A stretch of DNA of 33,373 bases, from positions 1 to 33,373 of the IMG/VR virus record IMGVR_UViG_3300045988_023555; one strand, given 5' to 3'. The notes beneath the pieces were generated by a model. The model had not been told where the DNA came from. It ran no database searches and worked only from the letters and a program-made list of their open reading frames with translations. Shown here one piece after another: positions 21,732 through 30,263 of the stretch; position 1 is the stretch's first letter; each line of letters starts with the position of its first letter. This stretch comes from a virus. Both the position numbers and the translations under genes were made by a program.

Positions 21732-23262
21732 AAGCACCCGCCTTTCTCTCTGCTGCATTTGCAAGCATTTCTGACAGCCTTTCTGCAAGGCTCTTGATGT
21801 CTTCCTGCGTATAATTATTGAATGTGTCAATATTAAGCGTTAGAGAAACTCCCTTTGACGCAGAAGTTCCGACGGAAACGCCAAACCCCGCCGATACGGA
21901 CGCGCCGTAATTGTCAATAACACCTTGCGACACATCTTTGATTGCGGAAAATGCGTCTTTACCGCCCTGCTCGATGCCGATTGCCAGTCCCTCGGTCGTG
22001 AACTTACCGATTTTCTTGAACACCTTTGACGGCGAAGCAATGCCAAGAATCTTTTTTGCAATGTTTGTAAGGTCTCCGAAGAGGTTTTTAAACCATTCTC
22101 TAAAATTTTTCCAAGCATTCGCAACACCTTGCTTCATTCCGGCTACTATGTTTTTGCCGATGCTGCTCCAGTTGTAAGAGCGGAAAGTATCAACGATTGA
22201 CGCAATAATCCGTGGTATCATTGCAACCATGTCGGGGATTGCCTGAATCATGCCCTGTGCAATAGCCAGCAGGAGACGAACACCGCCGCTTATCAGTGTT
22301 CCGAGATTGTTCAGCAGCCCGTTTGTAATCGCTATAATAACATTAGGCACATACGCCATCAGTTCGGGCAACGCTTCCATGAGTCCGTGAATTAATGCTA
22401 CCATTATTTCAACGGCTGCCGCCATGATGTTAGGCAACTCTGTGATTATTGTTGCCGTGATAGCTCCGACAAGCTGAGGAACTGCGGCAATTAACTGAGG
22501 AATAGCGTCCATTAACCCATGCACAAGCGCAAGCACCAAGTCAAGTGCAGACTCGGTTATCGCGTTAAGGCTTGCGGGGTCTGACAAAGTATTAGCAATA
22601 GCAACGACGGTCTGAGTCACCGCGTTTATTGCCGATTCTATCAGCTGTGGCAGACTGTCACTTGTGATAAGTGCCAAAATCGCTTTAAATAGCGTGTCCC
22701 AGAATTTTGGTACGGTTTCCAGCAGTTTTGCCGCGACATCGGACAACGCAGACAACAGCGGCGGAACCATTCCGTCTATCAGTGTCGGAAGTACATCCAA
22801 AACACCGTTTAAAAGGTTTGCCGTCGCGTCAAGCAGTCCGGGGAGAACCTTGTTGACTACATCAGGGAGCTTTGCAATAAGCACGGGCGCAAGCTTATCA
22901 ACGAGCTTTCCAATACCAGTCAAAGACTGCTCCACGCGGGGGAGGATATTGCCAGCCGCAATTACAACAGAGTCGACGAAGTTATCAACCAATTTGCCAA
23001 AGTTTTGATTGTCGTCTGCAATGCCGACTAACAGATTCTGCCAAGACGCCTTTGCGGAACTGAGCGAGCCTTGAATGGTCTTTTCCGCTTCTTCTCTTGT
23101 TGTGCCAGCAATGCCCATTTCTTTCTGAACGGCGTGTATTGCTTCGACGATATCAGCATAACTGGAAATGTCAAACTTCTTGCCCGTCAGTTTTTCGGCA
23201 TCTCTCAGCAGGCGTTCCATTTCCTCTTTAGTGCCACCATACATTATGTTCGCCACAGGTCG
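21724..23262 (-). CDS. Tape measure protein, exon 2 (proposed)
   Basis: It reads ...ANIMYGGTKEEMERLLRDAEKLTGKKFDISSYADIVEAIHAVQKEMGIAGTT, then a long Ala/Leu/Ile-rich helical region. There is no RBS and no plausible own start. An in-frame TAG lies 3 codons upstream of the track start. Confidence 0.7.
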   Translation of the reverse strand, partial: RPVANIMYGGTKEEMERLLRDAEKLTGKKFDISSYADIVEAIHAVQKEMGIAGTTREEAEKTIQGSLSSAKASWQNLLVGIADDNQNFGKLVDNFVDSVVIAAGNILPRVEQSLTGIGKLVDKLAPVLIAKLPDVVNKVLPGLLDATANLLNGVLDVLPTLIDGMVPPLLSALSDVAAKLLETVPKFWDTLFKAILALITSDSLPQLIESAINAVTQTVVAIANTLSDPASLNAITESALDLVLALVHGLMDAIPQLIAAVPQLVGAITATIITELPNIMAAAVEIMVALIHGLMEALPELMAYVPNVIIAITNGLLNNLGTLISGGVRLLLAIAQGMIQAIPDMVAMIPRIIASIVDTFRSYNWSSIGKNIVAGMKQGVANAWKNFREWFKNLFGDLTNIAKKILGIASPSKVFKKIGKFTTEGLAIGIEQGGKDAFSAIKDVSQGVIDNYGASVSAGFGVSVGTSASKGVSLTLNIDTFNNYTQEDIKSLAERLSEMLANAAERKAGAYA

Positions 23263-23590
23263 CTAATCTGTGACCGCCTTTCGGCTGCTGTATGTTTCCA
23301 TACAGTTCAGGCTATCTCTTCATCTGCTTTCGCAGAGCCTTGCGCTTCCGCTCGCTTGAGCGTACTCCCTTTCGGGATAGCCGTCACACTTTCCCATACC
23401 CAAATCGATAATATGTGGTATGAGCTTAGCACGGTGTTTTCTTCGACATTACTCGGTAAGAGTTTCACCGTTTTCACAAGGTTTATGCTGAGCAATGGTG
23501 TTATGCCGCTAAAGGCATATTTTTTTGTCTACCCAGCTTCAAGTTATCTAACCATTTTATACCCTCGGTTTCCCGATATTTATTAGGGGA

Positions 23591-24070
23591 TTAGACTATA
23601 TCTTCAACCTTTTCAAAAGACCAACCTTTTTTGTTTCCTTTTTTATATAAGCGACCGTAAGCAATCTCGGAATCGCTACATTCAAAATATTCTGCCGCCG
23701 CTTGTCTGGACTCAAAAATGATTGTTTGACCGTGAATATTTGTTGCCTTGACTTTGCGCTTCTTGTTTTCGATGCGGCTTTTATATCCAAAAGCTAAACA
23801 ATTTTCCGAAGGAGTTACCCACCTCAAGTTGTTCACATCGTTGTTTGCTCGGTTTCCGTCAATGTGGTCAACCCAGCACTGCTCTTTGTTTTCAGGAGCG
23901 TCAAGAAACGCTTTTGCAACAAGCCGATGAATGCTCTTTGAAATTGTTATTCTGCAATAACCACCATTTTTACTGAGCACCATTATTTGACCGTTGCTGT
24001 CTTTTCTTACCCTGCCCTTATTGCTAACAGAATAACCGGGCAGTTCTTCAATGGGCTTCCAAATTTCCAT
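23591..24070 (-). CDS. HNH homing endonuclease (NUMOD4 plus HNH_3-like, I-HmuI type)
   Basis: The ATG at 24070 lies 8 nt after [26 protein letters not shown] fits NUMOD4. HRLVAKAFL...[24 protein letters not shown] fits HNH_3. The C-terminal part looks like a DNA-binding module. Confidence 0.8.
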   Translation of the reverse strand: MEIWKPIEELPGYSVSNKGRVRKDSNGQIMVLSKNGGYCRITISKSIHRLVAKAFLDAPENKEQCWVDHIDGNRANNDVNNLRWVTPSENCLAFGYKSRIENKKRKVKATNIHGQTIIFESRQAAAEYFECSDSEIAYGRLYKKGNKKGWSFEKVEDIV

Positions 24071-24170
24071 AGTCAATTCCTCCGTTAAAGGTTGGTGAGC
24101 GCTTCCACCACCGTACCAATAGATGATGTACTTGGTAACGAACCAATAGCCGTTAGACCTTTCCTAAAAT

Positions 24171-24199
24171 ATTATAACACAATTTCACCTATTATGCAA
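24171..24199 (-). promoter_or_regulatory. Promoter inside the intron for the endonuclease, TTGCAT-17-TATAAT with an extended -10 TG
   Basis: On the minus strand TTGCAT (24199-24194) is followed by a 17-nt spacer ending in TGT and then TATAAT (24176-24171). Confidence 0.5.
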
Positions 24200-24352
24200 G
24201 TGAAATTATTTATGCTTTAGGACTTGGCACGGGATTGTCATAGGCTTTTGCCCACAGATTTTTCCCGTTAGCAGGATTTCTCCCACACCCCTGGTAGGGT
24301 TCACTCACACTCAACGGCGAATTACTTACGCCGCCGGACTATAGATAAATTT

Positions 24353-24856
24353 AATCGTGAAGTTTTGCTTTGCGAAGCCTTGATAGGCATACTGGACTAA
24401 GGACATATCCGTGCCGAGCTTGTTGTAGTTATCCGCCATGTCCGTGATTGCCATATCCGCATACTTTGACGCTTTCACGGTGTCGCCGCCCAAGGACTGC
24501 AAGAGCGAAGCCGAAAAGCTTGTCACGGTCTCCATATACTGATTGGCAGAAAGTCCCGCCGTTTTATATGCGTTATCTGCATATTGCAGGATAGTATTTG
24601 ACGATTGCTTGAAAAGAGTCTCAACGCCTCCGACAAGCTGCTCATAATCGGCATAAGCGGCTGTTGCGTCTTTGACTACCTTTGACACGCCCGCCGCCAT
24701 TGCGCCTGTTGCGACAACGGCTACTTTGGTGACGGTTTTTAAACCGCTTTTGACCTTTTCGCCTAAGTTTTTTGTTTTTTCGCCAGTGTCCTTTATTGCC
24801 TTATCGGATTCGGATGTGTCCGCTCCGATTTTAATAAATACTTCAAATAAATTCAA
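24353..24856 (-). CDS. Tape measure protein, exon 1 (proposed)
   Basis: The TTG start overlaps the chaperone stop, with GAGGTG 5 nt upstream. It ends ...LVQYAYQGFAKQNFTI, and the unspliced reading frame stops 8 codons later. Confidence 0.7.
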
Positions 24857-25086
24857 TTAATCACCTCTATTCCGCAGTTATCCGCGATTTCTTTAGTGAT
24901 TTCTTCGGCTGTTCTCGTTTCGACTGGCGGAGGGTTCAATATATCATAATAGCGTTTCTGTATAAATTTGCCGCCGACTTGATTTGCGGTGTTTTCGCTT
25001 ATCATTTGCAGACAGTCCGTTACATAGACCCTATATATTTCATCTTCCGTTCTTTTTTTGTAAAGGGCTATGCAAAAGTCCTTCAC
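24853..25086 (-). CDS. Tail assembly chaperone T-segment, expressed as a G-T fusion by -1 frameshift (proposed)
   Basis: This frame stays open from the slippery site at 25176-25182 to the stop at 24853. It has no RBS or ATG of its own. It is in the -1 frame relative to 25122-25472. Confidence 0.6.
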   Translation of the reverse strand: MKDFCIALYKKRTEDEIYRVYVTDCLQMISENTANQVGGKFIQKRYYDILNPPPVETRTAEEITKEIADNCGIEVIN

Positions 25087-25121
25087 ATAGCCCCACCCAA
25101 ACAGCCTAAACTTTTTTAAAT

Positions 25122-25472
25122 TTATTCGGCAGAGACATTCCTTGAAAACGTCGCAAGGAACGGCACGACTGATGTAAAAAAATCGTTCGCGCCCTTGCTC
25201 GTCAAAAGCGTGATAATAGTTTTAAGCGCGTTGGGTGCTTTTTCCCCCTCGTCGAGAATCCAAAAGCGTTTAAGAAACGCGCTTGTTTCAGCGGGGTGCT
25301 TTTTAAGCATATTTTCGAGCACGATTTTAAGTGCCACCTTGCTGTCTTCTACTTCCTTGTCTTTGACCTCCGTTTTTCTCATCAGGTTGATAAACGCCTT
25401 TGAGTCGTCGATAAGGTCGTAAGCTTTCGGGAGCAGAATTTCATCGTTGTCACAGTCAAATAAAAATACCAT
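25122..25472 (-). CDS. Tail assembly chaperone G
   Basis: 116-aa ORF between the major tail protein and the tape measure. This is the canonical position. Confidence 0.65.
   Translation of the reverse strand: MVFLFDCDNDEILLPKAYDLIDDSKAFINLMRKTEVKDKEVEDSKVALKIVLENMLKKHPAETSAFLKRFWILDEGEKAPNALKTIITLLTSKGANDFFTSVVPFLATFSRNVSAE
25176..25182 (-). promoter_or_regulatory. Candidate -1 programmed frameshift heptamer, U UUU UUU
   Basis: Seven T on the minus strand are phased as GA[T TTT TTT] ACA in the G frame. Confidence 0.55.
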
Positions 25473-25495
25473 AGTTTGCCTCCATATGATTTTTA

Positions 25496-26083
25496 TTATG
25501 CTTCAGCTTCGCCAGTCTTGATATAGACTTCAAACGGCACGGTGTCCTGCGCCGCCATTGAATAGTGCGCCGTGTAGGTAAATGCAAACTGTCCCTTTGC
25601 CTTGTCAGAGGTCTGAAGCTGGAAGCCGCCAGTTGAAAGAGCGTTCATAAGGTGGATTGCGATGAACCCGCCCTTCGTGTCGCCGTTCTTGTCGGAATAG
25701 TCGCCAACAATCCATATATCGGAAAAGTCAGCGTCGAGAACATCGTTACGCGGCGTTACCTTTGTGGTATCAGTAGTGCCGACATCAGCTGCGCCGATAA
25801 GCGACTTTGCTGTAGCGGTATCTACGGTGACAAAAGTACCGCTTGCTGTGACTTCCCAAGAATCAAGCTTTTTAAGCTCTTTCATGTTCTTCGGGCAGTT
25901 GTCAATATCTTCGCCAAAATCCGAATAAGTCGGAGCGGCGTTGAAAGAAATACCGCCAGTTGTCGCGCCTATCTGACTGTCAGCCTCAAGCGTACCAGTC
26001 TCAGGAGCGAAACTTTTGGCGATAATTGCCGCGTTGAGCTGAAGCTTTTTAAAAGTATCGCTCGGAATTTTAGTATACTTCAT
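25496..26083 (-). CDS. Major tail protein
   Basis: 195 aa, upstream of the chaperone pair, with an AAAGGA RBS. Size and composition fit a siphovirus tube protein. Confidence 0.65.
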   Translation of the reverse strand: MKYTKIPSDTFKKLQLNAAIIAKSFAPETGTLEADSQIGATTGGISFNAAPTYSDFGEDIDNCPKNMKELKKLDSWEVTASGTFVTVDTATAKSLIGAADVGTTDTTKVTPRNDVLDADFSDIWIVGDYSDKNGDTKGGFIAIHLMNALSTGGFQLQTSDKAKGQFAFTYTAHYSMAAQDTVPFEVYIKTGEAEA

Positions 26084-26097
26084 ACTCTCGTCCTTTC

Positions 26098-26457
26098 TTA
26101 AATATATTCTGCGGTTATGTTAATAACCTTTCGTTTGATTAAATCGTCAGACTCGTCGCCCATATTTTGAGCAAACGGAGTGCCCCTTTTAAGCCAAACC
26201 GCGCCGTCATCGCAGTCGATAATCACGCCGCCCATTCCTAATGTGTCGCTGATTTTTTTTGTAATTGAATTAGCCAACGCCCAAGAGGTCGAGCGCGTCC
26301 ACACCGAGAGACTGAGCGAGGTATCACCGTCGCCAAAAGAGGCGGTTGAAACTGAGTAAGTCAAATACGGCAAGCTTGCGCCTTTTGGCAAAAGCGTTTC
26401 TTCGTAAGCCGTTCCAAATTGACTGTAAAAAGAATAAAGTGCTTCTTCTTTGGTCAT
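26098..26457 (-). CDS. Tail terminator/tail completion protein (called by synteny)
   Basis: 119 aa, immediately upstream of the major tail protein. The start forms an ATGA overlap with the upstream gene. Confidence 0.45.
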   Translation of the reverse strand: MTKEEALYSFYSQFGTAYEETLLPKGASLPYLTYSVSTASFGDGDTSLSLSVWTRSTSWALANSITKKISDTLGMGGVIIDCDDGAVWLKRGTPFAQNMGDESDDLIKRKVINITAEYI

Positions 26458-26807
26458 CGTGTTACCTCATACTGTTCGGCGGTCAGCTGTGAGACCTGAA
26501 AACTCGCGCTTTCGGGGGTCTGCTTGTCAGACGTGTCGCGTGATGTTATGCGCAGCGTAAGCCCGTCAGAAAGTCTGCGAAATACGCTATAATAGTGCAG
26601 AGGCACACCCTTTGGAACGGTCACGGAATACAAGGAGGTAACGCCCATTTTTTCTGCTGTCCTTGCCTGTATAGAAGAATCAAACACGATAGCCGCGTCA
26701 AACTCTGCGCCGTCCGTCCACGTAATTGTAAATCCGCCCTGCGGGTCGGGTGCTGTCTGCTCATGCATAAAGACGCATCTCTGCATTGCGCTTGATAAAA
26801 GAGACAT
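26454..26807 (-). CDS. Head closure (stopper) protein (called by synteny)
   Basis: The ATG at 26807 follows GGAGGAAATTATA, and the track TTG start lies inside that RBS. The start forms a TAATG overlap with the upstream gene. Confidence 0.45.
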   Translation of the reverse strand: MSLLSSAMQRCVFMHEQTAPDPQGGFTITWTDGAEFDAAIVFDSSIQARTAEKMGVTSLYSVTVPKGVPLHYYSVFRRLSDGLTLRITSRDTSDKQTPESASFQVSQLTAEQYEVTR

Positions 26808-27205
26808 TATAATTTCCTCCAAGCGTTAAGCCGCGAGGCGAAAACGTCGCGCCATGTAAGCGGTGCTCCGCTCTCGCCCGTAGCTTTAGTATATGAATAA
26901 TCGCCAAACGATTCGGAGGTGTATGGACTCTCTGCGTTCTTTGCGATATACTCATCAATTTCCCCTGATAAGGCTATAAACGCTGGAGGCACACGCATAG
27001 CCCATATCTGCCCATCGAATACCTCGTCCGTCAAAACAGCGGGGTATTGATACACACCGTCATTGTAGACGCTCCCAAGAACGCGAAAATATTGTCCGTC
27101 CTGTAAAAAGTCAAGCGGCATATTGCCGTCCTTGACTGTAAAAGTTCCGTCGTGTTTTTCAGACACAAACCAGTTGCGGAGTTCCGCGCACAGTTCATAC
27201 AGCAT
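26807..27205 (-). CDS. Head-tail connector/adaptor protein (called by synteny)
   Basis: 132 aa, the first gene after the capsid block. Confidence 0.45.
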   Translation of the reverse strand: MLYELCAELRNWFVSEKHDGTFTVKDGNMPLDFLQDGQYFRVLGSVYNDGVYQYPAVLTDEVFDGQIWAMRVPPAFIALSGEIDEYIAKNAESPYTSESFGDYSYTKATGESGAPLTWRDVFASRLNAWRKL

Positions 27206-27239
27206 AATATGCCGCCTTCCTTACTTCTTTTTTTGGTCT

Positions 27240-27335
27240 TTACTTCCTCGGCAATTTCCAGCCGCTCGCAATAAATCCTGCGGCGTGGTCTGCGTCGAAA
27301 ATCTCAACCGTTTCTCTGCCACGCTTTAAAATCAT
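27240..27335 (-). CDS. 31-aa ORF coupled to the capsid gene stop
   Basis: The start forms an ATGA overlap with the capsid stop. Translation: MILKRGRETVEIFDADHAAGFIASGWKLPRK. It is below the ORF-track cutoff. Confidence 0.25.
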   Translation of the reverse strand: MILKRGRETVEIFDADHAAGFIASGWKLPRK

Positions 27336-28195
27336 GCGAATGTAGCCTTGAGGCAAGCAATCTGTGCCTTGTCAACAACCTTTGCGCCGTAGACGTGGAG
27401 ACCCTTGACCGCATCAGCAAATCTCTTCTCGGGGCGGTATGCCTCGGTCGAGACTATCTGCTCGGCGTAGGTTGCTGCTGCGTCAACACCGCCAGTAATG
27501 GTGTAGGTAGTGACCTTCGGGTCAGTTCCACTTGTAGCACTCACGCAGTTGTTAGACAGATAGATATCAAATCCAGCCGCCTGAGCAACGAGCCCCGTTC
27601 TCAGAATGCCTTCTGCCATTTCGCCGCCCGTCTTGACAAATCTGTCGTCAAGAAGAATAAGGGCGTACATCTCGGGAGGACTGACAAGCCAGCGTCCAGC
27701 AGTCGGAACGTTTGCCTTGTCAAGAATAGTGCGCATCTTGACAACATTCTCGTAGACATTGGACGAGGTAAGAGCAACGGCGGTCGAGGAAACGAGGTTG
27801 GTCGTGTCTGCCGCGCCCGCAAGAATGCCCGCGATGTACTTGTCGGAAGCGTCCGCAAGACCGTAAGCCGCGCGGGTCATCGCCTTATCCATTATATCGC
27901 CAGCCGCCTGTGCCGCGTCAATGTCATCTACCTGGAAGTTAAAATACTTTGCCTGGTCAATCGTGAGCGTCTGGTCGGTGGTCGCCAGCGTTTCAGGACC
28001 CGAGGTGAAATCGGTGTTCTGAGTGTAAGTGCCAATAGTGACCGCGCCTATGGTGTTGATGTGCACGGTGTCGCCCATTTTCTGAATGTCGCCCTCATAA
28101 TCGCGGTTTACGACGTTAGCGAAAACATGGGACTTGTCGAGCGCGTTGAGAAGTCTTGCGCTCCAAAGTTTAGGAATGAAACTTGTAACAGCCAT
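27332..28195 (-). CDS. Major capsid protein (HK97 fold; P22-coat/N4-gp56-like N-terminal pattern)
   Basis: 287 aa. FIPKLWSARLLNALDKSHVFANVVNRDYEGDIQKMGDTVHI matches a pattern I associate with this capsid family. It follows the scaffold gene and has an AAAGGAG RBS. Confidence 0.8.
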   Translation of the reverse strand: MAVTSFIPKLWSARLLNALDKSHVFANVVNRDYEGDIQKMGDTVHINTIGAVTIGTYTQNTDFTSGPETLATTDQTLTIDQAKYFNFQVDDIDAAQAAGDIMDKAMTRAAYGLADASDKYIAGILAGAADTTNLVSSTAVALTSSNVYENVVKMRTILDKANVPTAGRWLVSPPEMYALILLDDRFVKTGGEMAEGILRTGLVAQAAGFDIYLSNNCVSATSGTDPKVTTYTITGGVDAAATYAEQIVSTEAYRPEKRFADAVKGLHVYGAKVVDKAQIACLKATFA

Positions 28196-28198
28196 TAA

Positions 28199-28798
28199 TT
28201 AGCTTTCTCCTTTAAGTGAATTTTTGATTGTCTCCCAATTCTTGTTAATCTCGTCGGGAGTCATCTTGTCAATGTCCTCTCGGCTAAATGACTTTTTGGA
28301 GGTAGTCGGCGGCGTGGCGGTGTCTGCGCCTTTTGTGTTGGTGGAAACGATAAAGTCCGCCCACTCGTTTTTGATGCTTTCGGTAAGCTTGTCGGCTTCC
28401 TTTATCTTGCCTGACTCGTCAAGCTCAACAGAATCAATATCAGATACTTTAACAATGCTGTCAATCCGCTTGTCGGAAACTCCTGCCGCCTTTAACACTT
28501 CACGATAAGCCGCTTGCTTTGCGCGTGTAGTTTCTTTCGCGGATATGTCCGATTTGTAATTGTCGTACTCTTCTTTGATAGCGTCGTACTTGACCTTCCA
28601 TGCGTCCGAGCCATTTGCCTTGATTGTCTCGTTTGCTTCGTCCAGTTTCTGTTGGACTTTTGCGAGCTCGTCAGCCTGCGCCTTGTAATTGTCGCGCTGT
28701 TCCTTTAACGCGTCAACCGTTTCGGCGTGTGCCGATATAATCTCATCGATTTTTTCGTCTTCAATGCCCATTGCTTTTAGGCTTCTTCTCGTAAGTGC
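28199..28798 (-). CDS. Scaffolding protein
   Basis: The ATG at 28798 follows AGGAGATTAGATAAA. The protein is highly charged and helical, and sits directly upstream of the capsid gene. Confidence 0.7.
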   Translation of the reverse strand, partial: ALTRRSLKAMGIEDEKIDEIISAHAETVDALKEQRDNYKAQADELAKVQQKLDEANETIKANGSDAWKVKYDAIKEEYDNYKSDISAKETTRAKQAAYREVLKAAGVSDKRIDSIVKVSDIDSVELDESGKIKEADKLTESIKNEWADFIVSTNTKGADTATPPTTSKKSFSREDIDKMTPDEINKNWETIKNSLKGES

Positions 28799-28875
28799 CA
28801 TTTTATCTAATCTCCTGTTCTTCGGTGGCATTTCTGCGCCATTTGATTATAGGCAAACATTTGTTTACCACTTGT

Positions 28876-28904
28876 ATTTTATCACAAGCAAAAATTATTG
28901 TCAA
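28876..28904 (-). promoter_or_regulatory. Sigma-A promoter, TTGACA-17-TAAAAT, ahead of scaffold and capsid
   Basis: On the minus strand TTGACA (28904-28899) is followed by a 17-nt spacer and TAAAAT (28881-28876). The -35 box overlaps the upstream stop codon. Confidence 0.5.
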
Positions 28905-29350
28905 GCGTTTTCGAGGTTATCTTTCATCAGATTCTCGTATTCTTCGCCGTGTTCTGTTGCGGCGCGTCTCAATGTATGCCAAGCCTTTCTGCCTCTTGCG
29001 CCCTCTTCGATGTACGGGAAATATTCAACATTGCTCCCAATTAACACATAGTTAGCAGTGCCCGCCATTTTGCCAAAAAGATTGCTCAACAGATTTCCTG
29101 CTGTGCCTTTGTAATAACCTGCCCGTGGGGGCTTGTTTCCTTTGCCTTTGTCTGCTTCATACGCAGATATATTTGCGGGTTCTCCCGACAAGGCAAAAGT
29201 GATACTGTTGCGCGCATAGCCAGTATCTACAGGGCAGTTGCTTTTTGCGTAGGTTTCAGCAGCCATCCCGATAGCCCTCAATCCACGCCTAATTGCTGCG
29301 TCCCTCAGTTCTTTATACTCTTCGGAATTGTCCTTAAACTCGTCGCCCAC
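28901..29350 (-). CDS. HK97 gp10-family neck protein
   Basis: AKSNCPVDTGYARNSITF matches the VDTG.LRNSI signature of the gp10 family. The GTG start lies 8 nt after AAGGAG. Confidence 0.55.
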   Translation of the reverse strand: MGDEFKDNSEEYKELRDAAIRRGLRAIGMAAETYAKSNCPVDTGYARNSITFALSGEPANISAYEADKGKGNKPPRAGYYKGTAGNLLSNLFGKMAGTANYVLIGSNVEYFPYIEEGARGRKAWHTLRRAATEHGEEYENLMKDNLENA

Positions 29351-30263
29351 TCTTCAAGCTCCTTTCCAATTTTTTGAATCCGAGAATCTTATAGCCCATT
29401 GCACACCGGCAGTTATACAAATTGGCTGCGTCTGCTGACGGGTCGCCAGGGTACATTATCGCGCCAACTGCATTGACAAACGGTTCGTCTTTGTCACGCA
29501 AATCTCCGTCCAGCTCTCTGTGCCAGTCTCTTGTCCTTGCGTCGTGTGCGCTTATCCACTTTTTCTTAAATATAATCCCCTCGGATTCTGCTTTGTCGAG
29601 CATATCCATTCTGCCCTTGTTTTCTGCGCTTGTTACCATAGTGCGTGCGGTTCGGATTGAAGCGTTTTCGTTCATCTTTTCCACGCGCTCAAGCCGCTTT
29701 GCAATCTTCGGTATACTGTCGCCTTGCAGAATCCCTTGCAGGACTTCTGAGTTTAACCGCTTTGTGTTCCAGCGCACATCTTTGGGGACATTTAGCTTGT
29801 ATTGCGGCAAAAGTGATTTGTCCGTGGTGGCTAAGTATTTAACCGTGTTCGCGTCAATCAGTGAAAATGATATGCCGTGCTTTGAAAGTCCGCTTGCAAA
29901 GTAGTTGTAATTAAGCGCATAGACAGGCGGCAACTGACCGTTGATATATGCCGTCGCTATTTCATTGACATTTGCCAGCTCTAAAGCAGTTCTTTCTACC
30001 ACTTGTTTATAGCGGTCGTTTTGGACGGTGTATTCTTTTTTCATCGCGCGAAGTTCTCTGCCAAGCTTGCGCTGTGATTCCATATCCCCCGCCTTTTTAG
30101 CTTTGTCGTAAGCCTCTTGCAAGTCTGCCAATTCGTCCGACGCCGACTCCATATATGCCAGCCATTCTTTTTGAACATTGGCGTGCGCGTTGCTGTAGAT
30201 TGTTGTCAGCTCTCGCTCCATTCGTTCAAGTATTTTGTCCGTCCCGCTATGCGCCTTATCCAT
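29334..30263 (-). CDS. Minor head protein (SPP1 gp7/Mu F-like)
   Basis: 309 aa. The C-terminal segment DARTRDWHRELDG...PGDPSADAANLYNCRCAMGY is the Mu F-like signature. Confidence 0.8.
   Translation of the reverse strand: MDKAHSGTDKILERMERELTTIYSNAHANVQKEWLAYMESASDELADLQEAYDKAKKAGDMESQRKLGRELRAMKKEYTVQNDRYKQVVERTALELANVNEIATAYINGQLPPVYALNYNYFASGLSKHGISFSLIDANTVKYLATTDKSLLPQYKLNVPKDVRWNTKRLNSEVLQGILQGDSIPKIAKRLERVEKMNENASIRTARTMVTSAENKGRMDMLDKAESEGIIFKKKWISAHDARTRDWHRELDGDLRDKDEPFVNAVGAIMYPGDPSADAANLYNCRCAMGYKILGFKKLERSLKSGRRV

Larger units (their letters stand above)
23263..24352 (-). mobile_element. Candidate group I intron interrupting the tape measure gene (boundaries approximate, about +/-15 nt)
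   Basis: The endonuclease ORF is flanked by about 280 nt and about 330 nt of ORF-free RNA carrying many GNRA-capped hairpins. A GGCTATC/GATAGCC pairing is present. AAGAGATAGCC resembles the group I S element and AAATCCTGC resembles the Q element. Confidence 0.65.

Noticed and set aside
21732-21830. N-terminal extension of the Dit ORF in the track (start at 21830)
   Set aside because: It would overlap the tape measure gene by over 100 nt. The ATG at 21731 gives the typical Dit N-terminus and a short coupled overlap.
27395-28198. 267-aa plus-strand ORF opposite the major capsid gene (similarly 32554-33171, 5134-5667, 23071-23586, 29422-29904 and others)
   Set aside because: These are long antisense shadow ORFs. 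They have no RBS, Arg/Ser/Cys-rich or low-complexity translations, and lie entirely inside well-supported minus-strand genes.
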